The position numbers and the translations under genes are program-made. A DNA stretch of 64,000 bases from an uncultured Gammaproteobacteria bacterium (lineage in GTDB: Bacteria > Pseudomonadota > Gammaproteobacteria > Steroidobacterales > Rariloculaceae), in assembly GCA_964466315.1 (NCBI GenBank), contig CAYXNS010000004.1:5767-69766 (forward strand), read 5' to 3'. Shown piece after piece: positions 18,663 through 27,376 of the stretch. A model generated the notes under the pieces. The model was not told the origin of the DNA. It worked only from the letters and a program-made list of their open reading frames with translations, and did not search any database. Position 1 is the stretch's first letter, and each line of letters begins with the position of its first letter.

Positions 18663-18899
18663 ATTATGGAATTAGGCAATTCCGGAATGATTATATCGAT
18701 CTTACCGTTTAGGCGGCAGTATCGCCATGGCTCTGAGTTACTGAATTTACTGTTGACTACATACTCTGTCGTCTGATTGTATTCGCGTCCAGATGAGTGT
18801 TTTCGACGCATGGCACGCAGAACAATGCCAGGGCGATGGAAGATTATCGCCGGACGAGAGATGAAGATAAATGGAAACGCAGACGGAGAAGCCTGACGG

Positions 18900-19220
18900 A
18901 TGGCGACGATTACTTATATAGAGTTCGATGGGACCTCACACGATGTCGACGTTCCGTCGGGATTGAGTGTCATGGAGGGTGCGATAAACAACGATATCCC
19001 GGGCATCGAGGCCGCATGCGGCGGCGCATGCAGTTGTGCAACCTGTCACGTCTATGTGGATTCGGCGTGGGTCGAGGTAACCGGTGCTCCGGACGATATC
19101 GAGCGCGCCATGCTTGAGTGCGCCTCCGAAGAACGGGAGACAAGCCGCCTGAGCTGCCGGATCGAGGTCAGCGATACTCTGGACGGCCTCGTCCTGCGGT
19201 TACCTGAATGTCAGAAATAA
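18900..19220 (+). CDS. 2Fe-2S ferredoxin (adrenodoxin/putidaredoxin type)
   Basis: 106 aa. Cluster ligands in [12 protein letters not shown] ... SRLSC. GGAGAA lies 11 nt upstream of the ATG. Confidence 0.9.
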   Translation: MATITYIEFDGTSHDVDVPSGLSVMEGAINNDIPGIEAACGGACSCATCHVYVDSAWVEVTGAPDDIERAMLECASEERETSRLSCRIEVSDTLDGLVLRLPECQK

Positions 19221-19225
19221 GATCG

Positions 19226-20668
19226 TCAGCTGTACGGCAGCAGGTAAAGCACGGATGCGAGGAAGGGTATCAGTAAGAGCATCATCGTAATCGCGTAACC
19301 GAACATATCGCGTGCGCGCAGACCCGTAATGGCCAGAAGTGGGATCGCCCAGAACGGATTTAAGAGGTTCGTGTGCGAGTCGCCGACGGCGTAGGCTGCG
19401 ATAGTCTGTCCATGGGGGATACCCAGTTCCGCACCCGCGACCATCATCGGTCCGCCGATAATCGCCCACTCGCCCCCCGCCGACGGAACGAACACGTTGA
19501 GGATCCCGCCGGTGATCCAAGCGATGATGGGGAACGTCCCGGGCGTGGCAATCGAGAGTAATGACTCGGTCATCGTATCGATCAAACCGGTGCCCGTCAT
19601 GATTCCGATGATTCCGGCGTAGAACGGGAACAACAGGATGACCCCCGAACTCCCTCTGACCGCGTCATGAAACTCACCTAGATATTTCGACGGGCTCGTG
19701 TACAACAGGAGGCCGATCATGAGGAACGCGAAGTTGAGGACGTTGAGGTTGAGAGCACCTAGGCCTTCGGTGAGGAAGACGCCGACGAACAGGATGAGAC
19801 CGGTCAACGCGAGAATTCCGCCGAGGATTGCGCTGTTGTCGATGCGGTCGGCCAGAGTCGGTTTCTGCTCGCTAGCTCGCGGCCAACTCTCGACCGGCAT
19901 GGTTTCCCGATCAGTTCCACCGTCAGAAGAATCATGGAGATCGAGATCGACATAGCGCGCGATGCCTCTGCAGTTCTCTTCCGGTGGGCAGAGCAGGTAC
20001 AGCATGACTGACGCGTACACGAGGCCCAGTGCCGTTAGAAGTAACGGGTAGGGGTGAAAGACCCATTCCGTCGCAGGGATCACACGGTCGACGAAGCCGA
20101 GCCGCATCAGCGCATTGTTGTCGGTGGCTTGCAGAAGCCCCGCGGAACTTGATAGTCCCCACCCCCAGGTGAGGCTCATTCCCATATAGCCCGCGACGGC
20201 CAGCAGAGGATAGTGGATCGGTATCTCGTTCTCGTCTGCATGCTTGCCCATTTCGCGGACCAGGATCGCACCGAAGATGAGTCCGAGGCCCCAGGAGATC
20301 CATCCAGTCAGCATCGATCCGATGCCTACAAGGACGACGGCCTGCCGGCCGTTCTTCGGTAGCCGGACGAGGTGAAGTACCCCCTTCCGCACTCGCGGAT
20401 GGTAGGCGACAACGTTCGCCGTCACGAGGATGAGCACCATCTGCATCGCGAACTGGAGCAGAGCCCAGAAACCCCCGTACCATGACTGGGCGATTTCCGG
20501 CACTCCGGCTCCTTCCGAGAAGAACGCGGCCGTCGCTGTAACGTAGGTGAGGAGGATTGCGAACAGGAATGGACTCGGCATCCATCGTTCGACTCTGTCG
20601 GCGATCGCCTCGCCGAGTTTCTGTACCGGCGTCAGGTCTGGCTCGTCCTTCTGCTGTGCTGTCGTCAT
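19226..20668 (-). CDS. atoE: Short-chain fatty acid transporter (AtoE family)
   Basis: Polytopic. N-terminus MTTAQQKDEPDLTPVQKLGEAIADRVERWMPSPFLFAILLT is typical of AtoE. ATG 20668 has GAGGA upstream; the track start is 20719. Confidence 0.8.
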   Translation of the reverse strand: MTTAQQKDEPDLTPVQKLGEAIADRVERWMPSPFLFAILLTYVTATAAFFSEGAGVPEIAQSWYGGFWALLQFAMQMVLILVTANVVAYHPRVRKGVLHLVRLPKNGRQAVVLVGIGSMLTGWISWGLGLIFGAILVREMGKHADENEIPIHYPLLAVAGYMGMSLTWGWGLSSSAGLLQATDNNALMRLGFVDRVIPATEWVFHPYPLLLTALGLVYASVMLYLLCPPEENCRGIARYVDLDLHDSSDGGTDRETMPVESWPRASEQKPTLADRIDNSAILGGILALTGLILFVGVFLTEGLGALNLNVLNFAFLMIGLLLYTSPSKYLGEFHDAVRGSSGVILLFPFYAGIIGIMTGTGLIDTMTESLLSIATPGTFPIIAWITGGILNVFVPSAGGEWAIIGGPMMVAGAELGIPHGQTIAAYAVGDSHTNLLNPFWAIPLLAITGLRARDMFGYAITMMLLLIPFLASVLYLLPYS

Positions 20669-20692
20669 CGTCGATTCCTCGGCCCGTCGTGG

Positions 20693-20730
20693 GTAAGACG
20701 CACCTCGCGTAAGACGCACCTCGCGTAAAC
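20693..20730. repeat. Tandem direct repeat, 16-bp unit GTAAGACGCACCTCGC x2 plus a partial third copy (GTAAAC)
   Basis: Read directly: 20693-20708 and 20709-20724 are identical. Located 25 nt upstream of the atoE start. Confidence 0.9.
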
Positions 20731-20895
20731 CCTACCATGCTCTCGGCCACGGTCTGTACTTCGCGAATCCGCATTGGGGCAATCGATGCCTATCCTGGCA
20801 GTAAGTGCTGGCCGGCGATTGGGATTCAGCGAATAGAACCGCAAAGACTAAGGTAAACTCGGCTCATAACCGATCGTCGTCGAGCAGGGGGAGGT

Positions 20896-22305
20896 ATGAT
20901 CCCAGTCTGCGGAAAATTCAAATGTTGCAGTGCCGCGAGGATCGCAATATCGATTCTGTTGGCGCTGCCGGTCGGTGTCGCCTGTGCGCAGCGCGTCGCC
21001 CCTTTCACACCCGCGACATTAGGTGAGGGCGAGCAATCGCTGACCGCTCAGCTCCGGACGCCATTCGAACGACCCAGTGGTAATTACGATGTGGCATTGA
21101 GATGCCAGGTCATCGTCGAGCCGGACGGCACGACGCGATTACCACGCTGCCTGGTGATCGATCGCTATGCCGTGTTCCGCCAGGAGGCTGAGCGGGCGCT
21201 GGCGCGTGCAATCATGACGCCCGCGCGGATCGATGGCGAGCCTGTTCGAGTGCTCATGAATCTGATCGTCGGTTACCGCTGCGCGGGGACTTGTCCCGCG
21301 TTTCTATTCGCGAATCATGGCCGCAACGTTGCGGAATACGGCTTTAGTTACTCGGCACCTCAACCCGTTCTCGGTGACGACACGTGGTATGAGGGCTTCG
21401 AAGAAAAGTTGGAATGGGCAGCCAGTGAACTATCGTTGGCGGAGGTTGGTGGTGTTCGCTTCTTGATTTCTGCCCGCATCAATGATTCAGGCAGGACGTC
21501 GCAGCAGCGTGTCGATGGCGAGTATCCGGGTTCGACCGATCGGGACTACACAGCGTTCGCAGAGGATGCTGCCGATTCGTTGCGGGATGCCCGCTATATC
21601 CCGGGGTTCTCGCGGGGCGAGCCCGTCGATATGTGGCTCTACGAGTATTGGCTTGATCCTGTGGGCGCGCCGCTCGAGTTGCTGACATTGCCGGTACGCG
21701 TGCATATCCTATGGTCGGATCTCGTGCCGGCACTCGACAGCACACTGACCGAGAAGCAGATCCGGGAGATGCTTGCCGAGGCAAATGAGTACTGGCAGCC
21801 GGCGGCGATTCAGTGGGAGATCGAATCGATCATCCGCACGCAGGCGGAACGGCAGCTCGGATTTCGTCGCGCCGTAATCGATAATCCGACTGCCGGCGCC
21901 CGGGGGGGCAACGAACCCTACTCACAGATTTGCCCGAGTGAAAGCCGGCTCGAGACGGGTTGGACGGTCTGCTTCGTGCGTGCGCTCCCACGTGGGGCGC
22001 TTTATTTCAATGCGCAAGGCGTCGCCCTGCTCGGCGAGCAAGACGTGTTAGGCGCGGAGATTCCGCAATTCGCGCTGGCTCATGCTCTCGGTCACTTGAT
22101 GGGCTTGCGGGATGCGCAGAGCTGTGCGGGGACGTTCATGCGCTGGTTCGAGGGTGCCGAACCAGGCAACCTTTGCAGCAACCAGACGCCGACGGACTTG
22201 AGCGACTCGCAGATCCATCGTGCACGCATTCAAGGGTTGGTCGGGAGGCCTTCCCGTGGCAGTGACGGCGGGGGCGGTGGTGCCGGTATGGGTATGGGCC
22301 GATGA
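20896..22305 (+). CDS. Secreted protein: two TonB-C-like domains plus a C-terminal metzincin-like domain with HALGHLMGLRD (Glu replaced by Ala)
   Basis: Signal peptide ...ILLALPVGVACA/QR. TonB_C-like segments at RCQVIVEPDG...PARIDGEPV and RFLISARINDSG...IPGFSRGEPV. The zinc-motif position is at 22081-22113. Gly-rich tail. Confidence 0.6.
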   Translation: MIPVCGKFKCCSAARIAISILLALPVGVACAQRVAPFTPATLGEGEQSLTAQLRTPFERPSGNYDVALRCQVIVEPDGTTRLPRCLVIDRYAVFRQEAERALARAIMTPARIDGEPVRVLMNLIVGYRCAGTCPAFLFANHGRNVAEYGFSYSAPQPVLGDDTWYEGFEEKLEWAASELSLAEVGGVRFLISARINDSGRTSQQRVDGEYPGSTDRDYTAFAEDAADSLRDARYIPGFSRGEPVDMWLYEYWLDPVGAPLELLTLPVRVHILWSDLVPALDSTLTEKQIREMLAEANEYWQPAAIQWEIESIIRTQAERQLGFRRAVIDNPTAGARGGNEPYSQICPSESRLETGWTVCFVRALPRGALYFNAQGVALLGEQDVLGAEIPQFALAHALGHLMGLRDAQSCAGTFMRWFEGAEPGNLCSNQTPTDLSDSQIHRARIQGLVGRPSRGSDGGGGGAGMGMGR

Positions 22306-22413
22306 CACCGACAGCCCTCACGCGTGGCCATGCCGCAACAGGCTGGTGGAACGCCGTAATCGGAGGCGGCGTAGTGTGCTAGCCAGCCGCGCCGGATTCG
22401 AGGGCAGGTCATA

Positions 22414-24066
22414 GTGACGAGGACAGGAGCGCGACGACTAACGACGCTGATTACAACCAGCCTGATTGCGTGGAACGGCGTGAACGCGCAACCGAATGCG
22501 CCGTCCATGCTCATCGAGAAAGACGTTCGGGTCAGGACACGCGGGGGGTTTGAGGTCTCCGCGAATGTCTACCGCCCGAATACGGAAGGCCGGTTCCCGG
22601 TAATCATCAGCATGGGGCCCTACGGCAAGGACGATCTACCGGCACAATACGACGGGACGTTCTCGAACGGCCAGATCGTCGTCTCCGAGCACGCGGCCTT
22701 CGAGACCCCCGACCCCGAGTACTGGGTGCATTTCGACTATGTGGTCATCACGGCCGACAGCCCGGGCTCGGGTCTGTCCGGCGGCGACATGGACCTTTTC
22801 GGCCCGATCGAGAACAAGGCGTTTTATGATCTCATTGAGTGGGCCGGCGTCCAGCCCTGGAGTAACGGCAACGTCGGCCTGGGCGGTGTCTCCTACTTCG
22901 GTGTAACGCAGTGGTACGTTGCAGCGCTCAATCCGCCACATCTCAAGGCCATTATGCCGAGCGATGGGTTGACAGATCTCTATCGGGATGCCGCCATTCA
23001 TGGCGGTATCCCATCGGACTTCATCCCGTCCTGGTCCCGGTTCCGAATCTATCCCGTGAAACGTCCAGACGCGGCGATGGTACGCGATATCGGGCTGAGC
23101 GTCGAAGAGCATCCGCTCTTCGACGAGTTCTGGCGAACCTGGCTACCCGATCTCGATAACATCTCGACACCCGCCTATGTCATTGCGAGCTGGCCCGATC
23201 ATGGGCTTCACACACGCGGCACGTTGATCGGCTTCGAGCGGATCGGCTCAGCCGAGAAGTGGCTCGATATTCACGGACGGAAGAAATGGGAGCACTACTA
23301 TTCCCGCGAGTCGCTCGAACGGCAGCGGCGATTCTACGACTACTATCTAAAGGGCATCGATAACGGTATGGCCGATATCCCGACCGTTCGTTACGAACGC
23401 CGCAACGTGTTCTACGACGGTGAGATCGTGTTTACCGACTCATGGCCGTTATCCGATGCGGAGTACCGGCCGTACTTCCTGACTGAGGACGGCAGTCTGA
23501 GCGTGGTGCCGGCCGACGAACCGACCGTACTCAGGTACGCGGCTCTAGACGAGTATCAACAGCTCGCATTCAGCCACACGTTTCGGACCGATACGGAAGT
23601 GACGGGAACGGCACGGCTCAGACTCTGGGTCGAAGCGGACGGGTCGGACGACATGGATCTGTACGTTGGTTTGAGCAAATTCGATCGTCATGGTAACGAA
23701 GTCCTCATGGCCGGATACGGCGGCGTAGAACATGGTCACGTGGCCAGCGGCTGGCTGCGGGTATCGCATCGTGAGCTCGACACGGAACGAAGTACTCGCA
23801 TTCGCCCCGTTCTGCGGCACGATCGATTATCGAAGCTACGGCCCGACGAGCGCGTTCCCGTCGAGATCGAAATTCTGCCATCGAGCACGATGTTCCGGCA
23901 GGGGGAGTCACTCGTACTGAGAATTCAGGGTACGGAACTCCCTGGTGCCGGCGATATCACCCACCTGAACACCGTCAATGCCGGCGATCATGTCGTATAC
24001 GTCGGTGGCGAGACTGACAGCCAGCTGGTCCTGCCTGTCATACCGCGGCAGGCAACGCCCGAATAG
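22414..24066 (+). CDS. CocE/NonD family hydrolase (S15 X-Pro dipeptidyl-peptidase-like), secreted
   Basis: Signal peptide ...WNGVNA/QP. VYRPNTEGRFPVIISMGPYGKD, nucleophile elbow GLGGVSYFG, C-terminal beta-sandwich region. Confidence 0.8.
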   Translation: MTRTGARRLTTLITTSLIAWNGVNAQPNAPSMLIEKDVRVRTRGGFEVSANVYRPNTEGRFPVIISMGPYGKDDLPAQYDGTFSNGQIVVSEHAAFETPDPEYWVHFDYVVITADSPGSGLSGGDMDLFGPIENKAFYDLIEWAGVQPWSNGNVGLGGVSYFGVTQWYVAALNPPHLKAIMPSDGLTDLYRDAAIHGGIPSDFIPSWSRFRIYPVKRPDAAMVRDIGLSVEEHPLFDEFWRTWLPDLDNISTPAYVIASWPDHGLHTRGTLIGFERIGSAEKWLDIHGRKKWEHYYSRESLERQRRFYDYYLKGIDNGMADIPTVRYERRNVFYDGEIVFTDSWPLSDAEYRPYFLTEDGSLSVVPADEPTVLRYAALDEYQQLAFSHTFRTDTEVTGTARLRLWVEADGSDDMDLYVGLSKFDRHGNEVLMAGYGGVEHGHVASGWLRVSHRELDTERSTRIRPVLRHDRLSKLRPDERVPVEIEILPSSTMFRQGESLVLRIQGTELPGAGDITHLNTVNAGDHVVYVGGETDSQLVLPVIPRQATPE

Positions 24067-24144
24067 CCCCAGGGATCAGTTACACTCTGCTCTCGAAGAA
24101 CGGCTCGAGCCGTCCGGACTGTAAAAAGACTACGGAGAAGAGTT

Positions 24145-25008
24145 ATGAGGACCAAGACGCTTACGGCATGCTTCGTATTGAGCGCGGCGATTATTTCACC
24201 GAACGTTTCAGCCCAGGATCAGCCGGTTCGGGAGATAGTCAATGTCACGGGCGATCTCTATCGTGCGATTGACAACGCCCACCGGACCGCATTCCTCGTT
24301 ACGTCCGAGGGCATCATTCTTACCGATCCGGTCAACCTCGAATTCGCGATCTGGCTCAAAGCCGAGCTCGACGATCGCTTCGACATGCCGGTCCGTTTCG
24401 TGCTCTACAGTCATTATCACGACGATCATGCGTCGGGCGGAGACGTCTTCGCTGAGACCGCGACGTTTGTCGGCCACGAGAACATGATTCCGAACCTGGC
24501 CCACGAGGCTGGAAACCCGGTCTTCGAGCACGTGCGCGCGCCCGATATCACCTATTCGGATCGCGTGACCGTCACGCTAGGTGGCAAGACCGTCGAGATG
24601 GTGCACGCGTTGCCGAGCCACAGCGACGACTCGTCGATAATCCGGTTCCAGGACGAGCGGACCATCTTCGTCGTGGACTTCGTCAACGTTCGGCGCGTGC
24701 CTTTTGAAAACCTGGGTGGTGGGCCAGTAGCGCCGTGGATCGAGGCCAACAGGCATATGCAGGCGACTGTGGATTATGACATCGTTACGCCGGGCCATGG
24801 CCCCGTCGGTAATAAAGCCGATGTCGACGACTCGACGCAGTACCTGGTGGATCTCCTGGCGGCCGTGACTGCCGGCATCGCCGCCGGTCAGAGCCTGGAG
24901 GAGATGCAGAAGACGATACTCATGGAGGACTATGCCGACTACACGCAGTACGACGTGTGGAGAGAGCAGAATGTTCAGGGGGCATACCAGGGCTTAATGG
25001 GTAACTGA
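24145..25008 (+). CDS. MBL-fold metallo-hydrolase, secreted
   Basis: Signal peptide ...SPNVSA/QD. Metal motif LYSHYHDDHASGG (HxHxDH), later HSDDS and PGHG. Confidence 0.85.
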   Translation: MRTKTLTACFVLSAAIISPNVSAQDQPVREIVNVTGDLYRAIDNAHRTAFLVTSEGIILTDPVNLEFAIWLKAELDDRFDMPVRFVLYSHYHDDHASGGDVFAETATFVGHENMIPNLAHEAGNPVFEHVRAPDITYSDRVTVTLGGKTVEMVHALPSHSDDSSIIRFQDERTIFVVDFVNVRRVPFENLGGGPVAPWIEANRHMQATVDYDIVTPGHGPVGNKADVDDSTQYLVDLLAAVTAGIAAGQSLEEMQKTILMEDYADYTQYDVWREQNVQGAYQGLMGN

Positions 25009-25060
25009 CGACAGATCTTGATTTTCAATTTCAAACATAGACAGTAGTAAGGAGGGGGAG

Positions 25061-27172
25061 ATGCACATCACTTCCGTTATTCGCTCGCTGAATGCGATCC
25101 TGGCGATCTCGATGGCTTTTTTCTGGGTGTCAGCAGCGACAGCCCAGGAATCGTTGAATATCGACAGCGATGATATCGGCGGTGTCGTAACCAGTGCCGA
25201 CGGTGCCGAAGCGGGTGTGTGGGTCATCGCCGAGACCAACAACTTCGACACTCGCTACGCGAAAATCGTGGTAACCGACGAGGAAGGGCGCTACGTCGTT
25301 CCGGATCTGCCAGACGCCGATTATAAGGTCTGGGTCCGCGGCTATGGCCTTGCGGACTCCGAGAAAGTCGCCGCGAATCGCGGCGATCAACTGAATCTAA
25401 CCGCCATCGTTGCGCCGAGCGTTGCCGTCGCGGCCGAAGTTTATCCGGCTATCTCGTGGTACGCGATGATGCATCTCCCGCAGGAGAGTGAACTCGAAAA
25501 CATCGACGGTGGGATGGATTTCTACCGGAACTCGATGACGAACAACGGCTGCGTCGGCTGTCATCAGTTAGGGAATCTCGCAACACGCACTATCCCCGAG
25601 GCGCTGGGTGACTTCGCCTCTCACGAGGAGGCGTGGATACGCCGCGTTCAATCCGGCCAGGCCGGTGGCAACATGGTCAGGCCGTTGACGACGGATTTGG
25701 CCGGTATCCCGTTCAAGTACTTCGGTGACTGGACCCAACGCATCGAAGATGGAGAGCTTCCGGAGTTTATTCCCGAGCGTCCCCAGGGTGTTGAGCGCAA
25801 TATCGTAGCGACAGTCAGGGACTGGGCCGACCCCAAGTCCTATCTGCACGATCTCGCGTCGACGGACCGGCGCGATCCGACAGTCAATGGGTACGGCCCA
25901 TTGTTCGGTTCGCCCGAACTCTCCACGGACAATTTCCCGATACTCGATCCCCAGACCAATGTGGCGACGACATTCAGGGCCCCGGTCCGCGATCCCGACA
26001 CGCCGACGACGAATTCGGCGGCCGTAGTGCAGTCCTCGCCGTATTGGGGTGACGAGCGAATCTGGGACAGCCAGGCGAACTCGCACAACCCGATGCTTGA
26101 TGAGAACGGGCTCGTCTGGTACACGGCCCGCGTCAGAGGCCCCGAGAATCCGGACTTCTGCCGTGAGGGTTCCGATCACCCGTCGGCGATAGCGTTCCCG
26201 ACGACGCGTACCGGAAGGCATCTCTCGGTTCGCGATCCCGAGACGGGCGAGTATCAGTTCATCGACACTTGCTACTCTACCCACCATCTGCAATTCGCCT
26301 ACGATGACAACAATACGCTATGGACGAGCGGTGGCGGGGACGTTGTTGGCTGGCTCGATTCCAAGATGTTCCTCGAGACCGGAGACGCGGCGGCATCCCA
26401 AGGCTGGACCGCGGCAATCCTCGACACGAATGGCAACGGTAGGCGCGACGACTACGTTGAGCCCGGCGAGCCGGCGGACCCGGACCTGGACACGCGTATC
26501 AGGGCCGGCTTCTATGCGGTCATGCCGAATTCAGCGGACGGCTCGATCTGGGGCTCGAACAGAACGTATCCAGGGTCCTTCGTGCGCATCGATCCCGGCT
26601 CTAACCCGCCGGAGACTGCGCTCGCCGAGGTGTATAACGTGCCCTTACCCGGATTCGGGATTCGCGGCGCCGACATCGACAGCAACGGTGTGGCCTGGGG
26701 ATCTCTCGGTAGCGGACACCTGGCCTCTTTCGACCGCAGCAAGTGCGCAGGACCGTTGAACGGTCCCGAGGCTACCGGCGATCATTGTCCCGAGGGCTGG
26801 ACGCTGTATCGCTATCCTGGTCCCGGCTTCCCCGAGTTGCCCGAGTACAGCATCGAGTCGAGCTATTACAGCTGGGTCGATCAGCACAATACGTCGGGGC
26901 TTGGCGAGAACGTGCCGATGTCGACCGCCAACCTGTACGACGGTGTACATGCGCTCGTCGACGAGGAATGGGTCACGCTGCGGATTCCCTATCCGCTCGG
27001 CTTCTACAGCAAGGGCTTCGACGGCCGAATTGACGATCCGGACGCCGGCTGGAAGGGCCGCGGTTTGTGGGTGCCGAGTGGCGACCGCACGCCCTGGCTC
27101 AAGGAGGGCGGCACGGAAACGAGGCCTCTCGTAGTGCACTTCCAGGTGCGGCCCGACCCGCTCGCGAAATAG
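25061..27172 (+). CDS. Secreted 703-aa protein: carboxypeptidase-regulatory-like N-domain, single CxxCH haem-c motif, large beta-propeller-like region
   Basis: Signal peptide ...VSAATA/QE. GVVTSADGAEAGVWVIAETNN...DEEGRYVVPDLPDADYKVWVRGYG (CarboxypepD_reg-like). NNGCVGCHQLGN. Repeated Gly/Trp-rich strands follow. Confidence 0.6.
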   Translation: MHITSVIRSLNAILAISMAFFWVSAATAQESLNIDSDDIGGVVTSADGAEAGVWVIAETNNFDTRYAKIVVTDEEGRYVVPDLPDADYKVWVRGYGLADSEKVAANRGDQLNLTAIVAPSVAVAAEVYPAISWYAMMHLPQESELENIDGGMDFYRNSMTNNGCVGCHQLGNLATRTIPEALGDFASHEEAWIRRVQSGQAGGNMVRPLTTDLAGIPFKYFGDWTQRIEDGELPEFIPERPQGVERNIVATVRDWADPKSYLHDLASTDRRDPTVNGYGPLFGSPELSTDNFPILDPQTNVATTFRAPVRDPDTPTTNSAAVVQSSPYWGDERIWDSQANSHNPMLDENGLVWYTARVRGPENPDFCREGSDHPSAIAFPTTRTGRHLSVRDPETGEYQFIDTCYSTHHLQFAYDDNNTLWTSGGGDVVGWLDSKMFLETGDAAASQGWTAAILDTNGNGRRDDYVEPGEPADPDLDTRIRAGFYAVMPNSADGSIWGSNRTYPGSFVRIDPGSNPPETALAEVYNVPLPGFGIRGADIDSNGVAWGSLGSGHLASFDRSKCAGPLNGPEATGDHCPEGWTLYRYPGPGFPELPEYSIESSYYSWVDQHNTSGLGENVPMSTANLYDGVHALVDEEWVTLRIPYPLGFYSKGFDGRIDDPDAGWKGRGLWVPSGDRTPWLKEGGTETRPLVVHFQVRPDPLAK

Positions 27173-27228
27173 CGCGGCACGGTACGCTTGGTCGCATCGC
27201 CGTGGTGAACGCCACGATGACCGAGATC

Positions 27229-27259
27229 GGCGGGTGTGATGGTTTGTGTCGACCCGAAG
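27229..27259 (+). repeat. 31-nt repeat GGCGGGTGTGATGGTTTGTGTCGACCCGAAG (partner at 55994-56024, opposite strand, 30/31 identical)
   Basis: Read directly. GAGATC also precedes both copies, adjacent here and separated by AAGCT in the partner. In the partner this sequence is part of a degenerate IS3-type orfA. Confidence 0.9.
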
Positions 27260-27271
27260 CGAAAGTAAGAG

Positions 27272-27376
27272 TGACCTGCCCCCTATAGCGGTACCAACCA
27301 AACCGAGAGAGTCCGAACTCATTTCGTTCTGGTTCCAGCAAGAAGAAGTGGCTGGGTCCCTCTCTCTTTAGTGAGG
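27272..27376 (+). mobile_element. IS3-family terminal fragment (solo tip TGACCTGCCCCC..., about 105 bp, no transposase ORF)
   Basis: The first 12 nt are identical to the tip of the remnant at 56157, with about 60% identity over the next ~28 nt including GAGAGAG. It fills the whole spacer up to the moeA stop (27377). Confidence 0.45.

Noticed and set aside
22402-22414. Third partial copy of the IS tip (reverse complement TGACCTGCCC) just upstream of the CocE/NonD gene.
   Set aside because: Only 10 nt match and similarity does not continue. It overlaps the start-codon region, so it is likely chance.
24100-24113. Palindrome ACGGCTCGAGCCGT after the CocE/NonD gene as a terminator.
   Set aside because: There is no T-run after it and the next gene starts 32 nt later. 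It is more likely an XhoI-site-centred palindrome of no proven function, and operon read-through is plausible.
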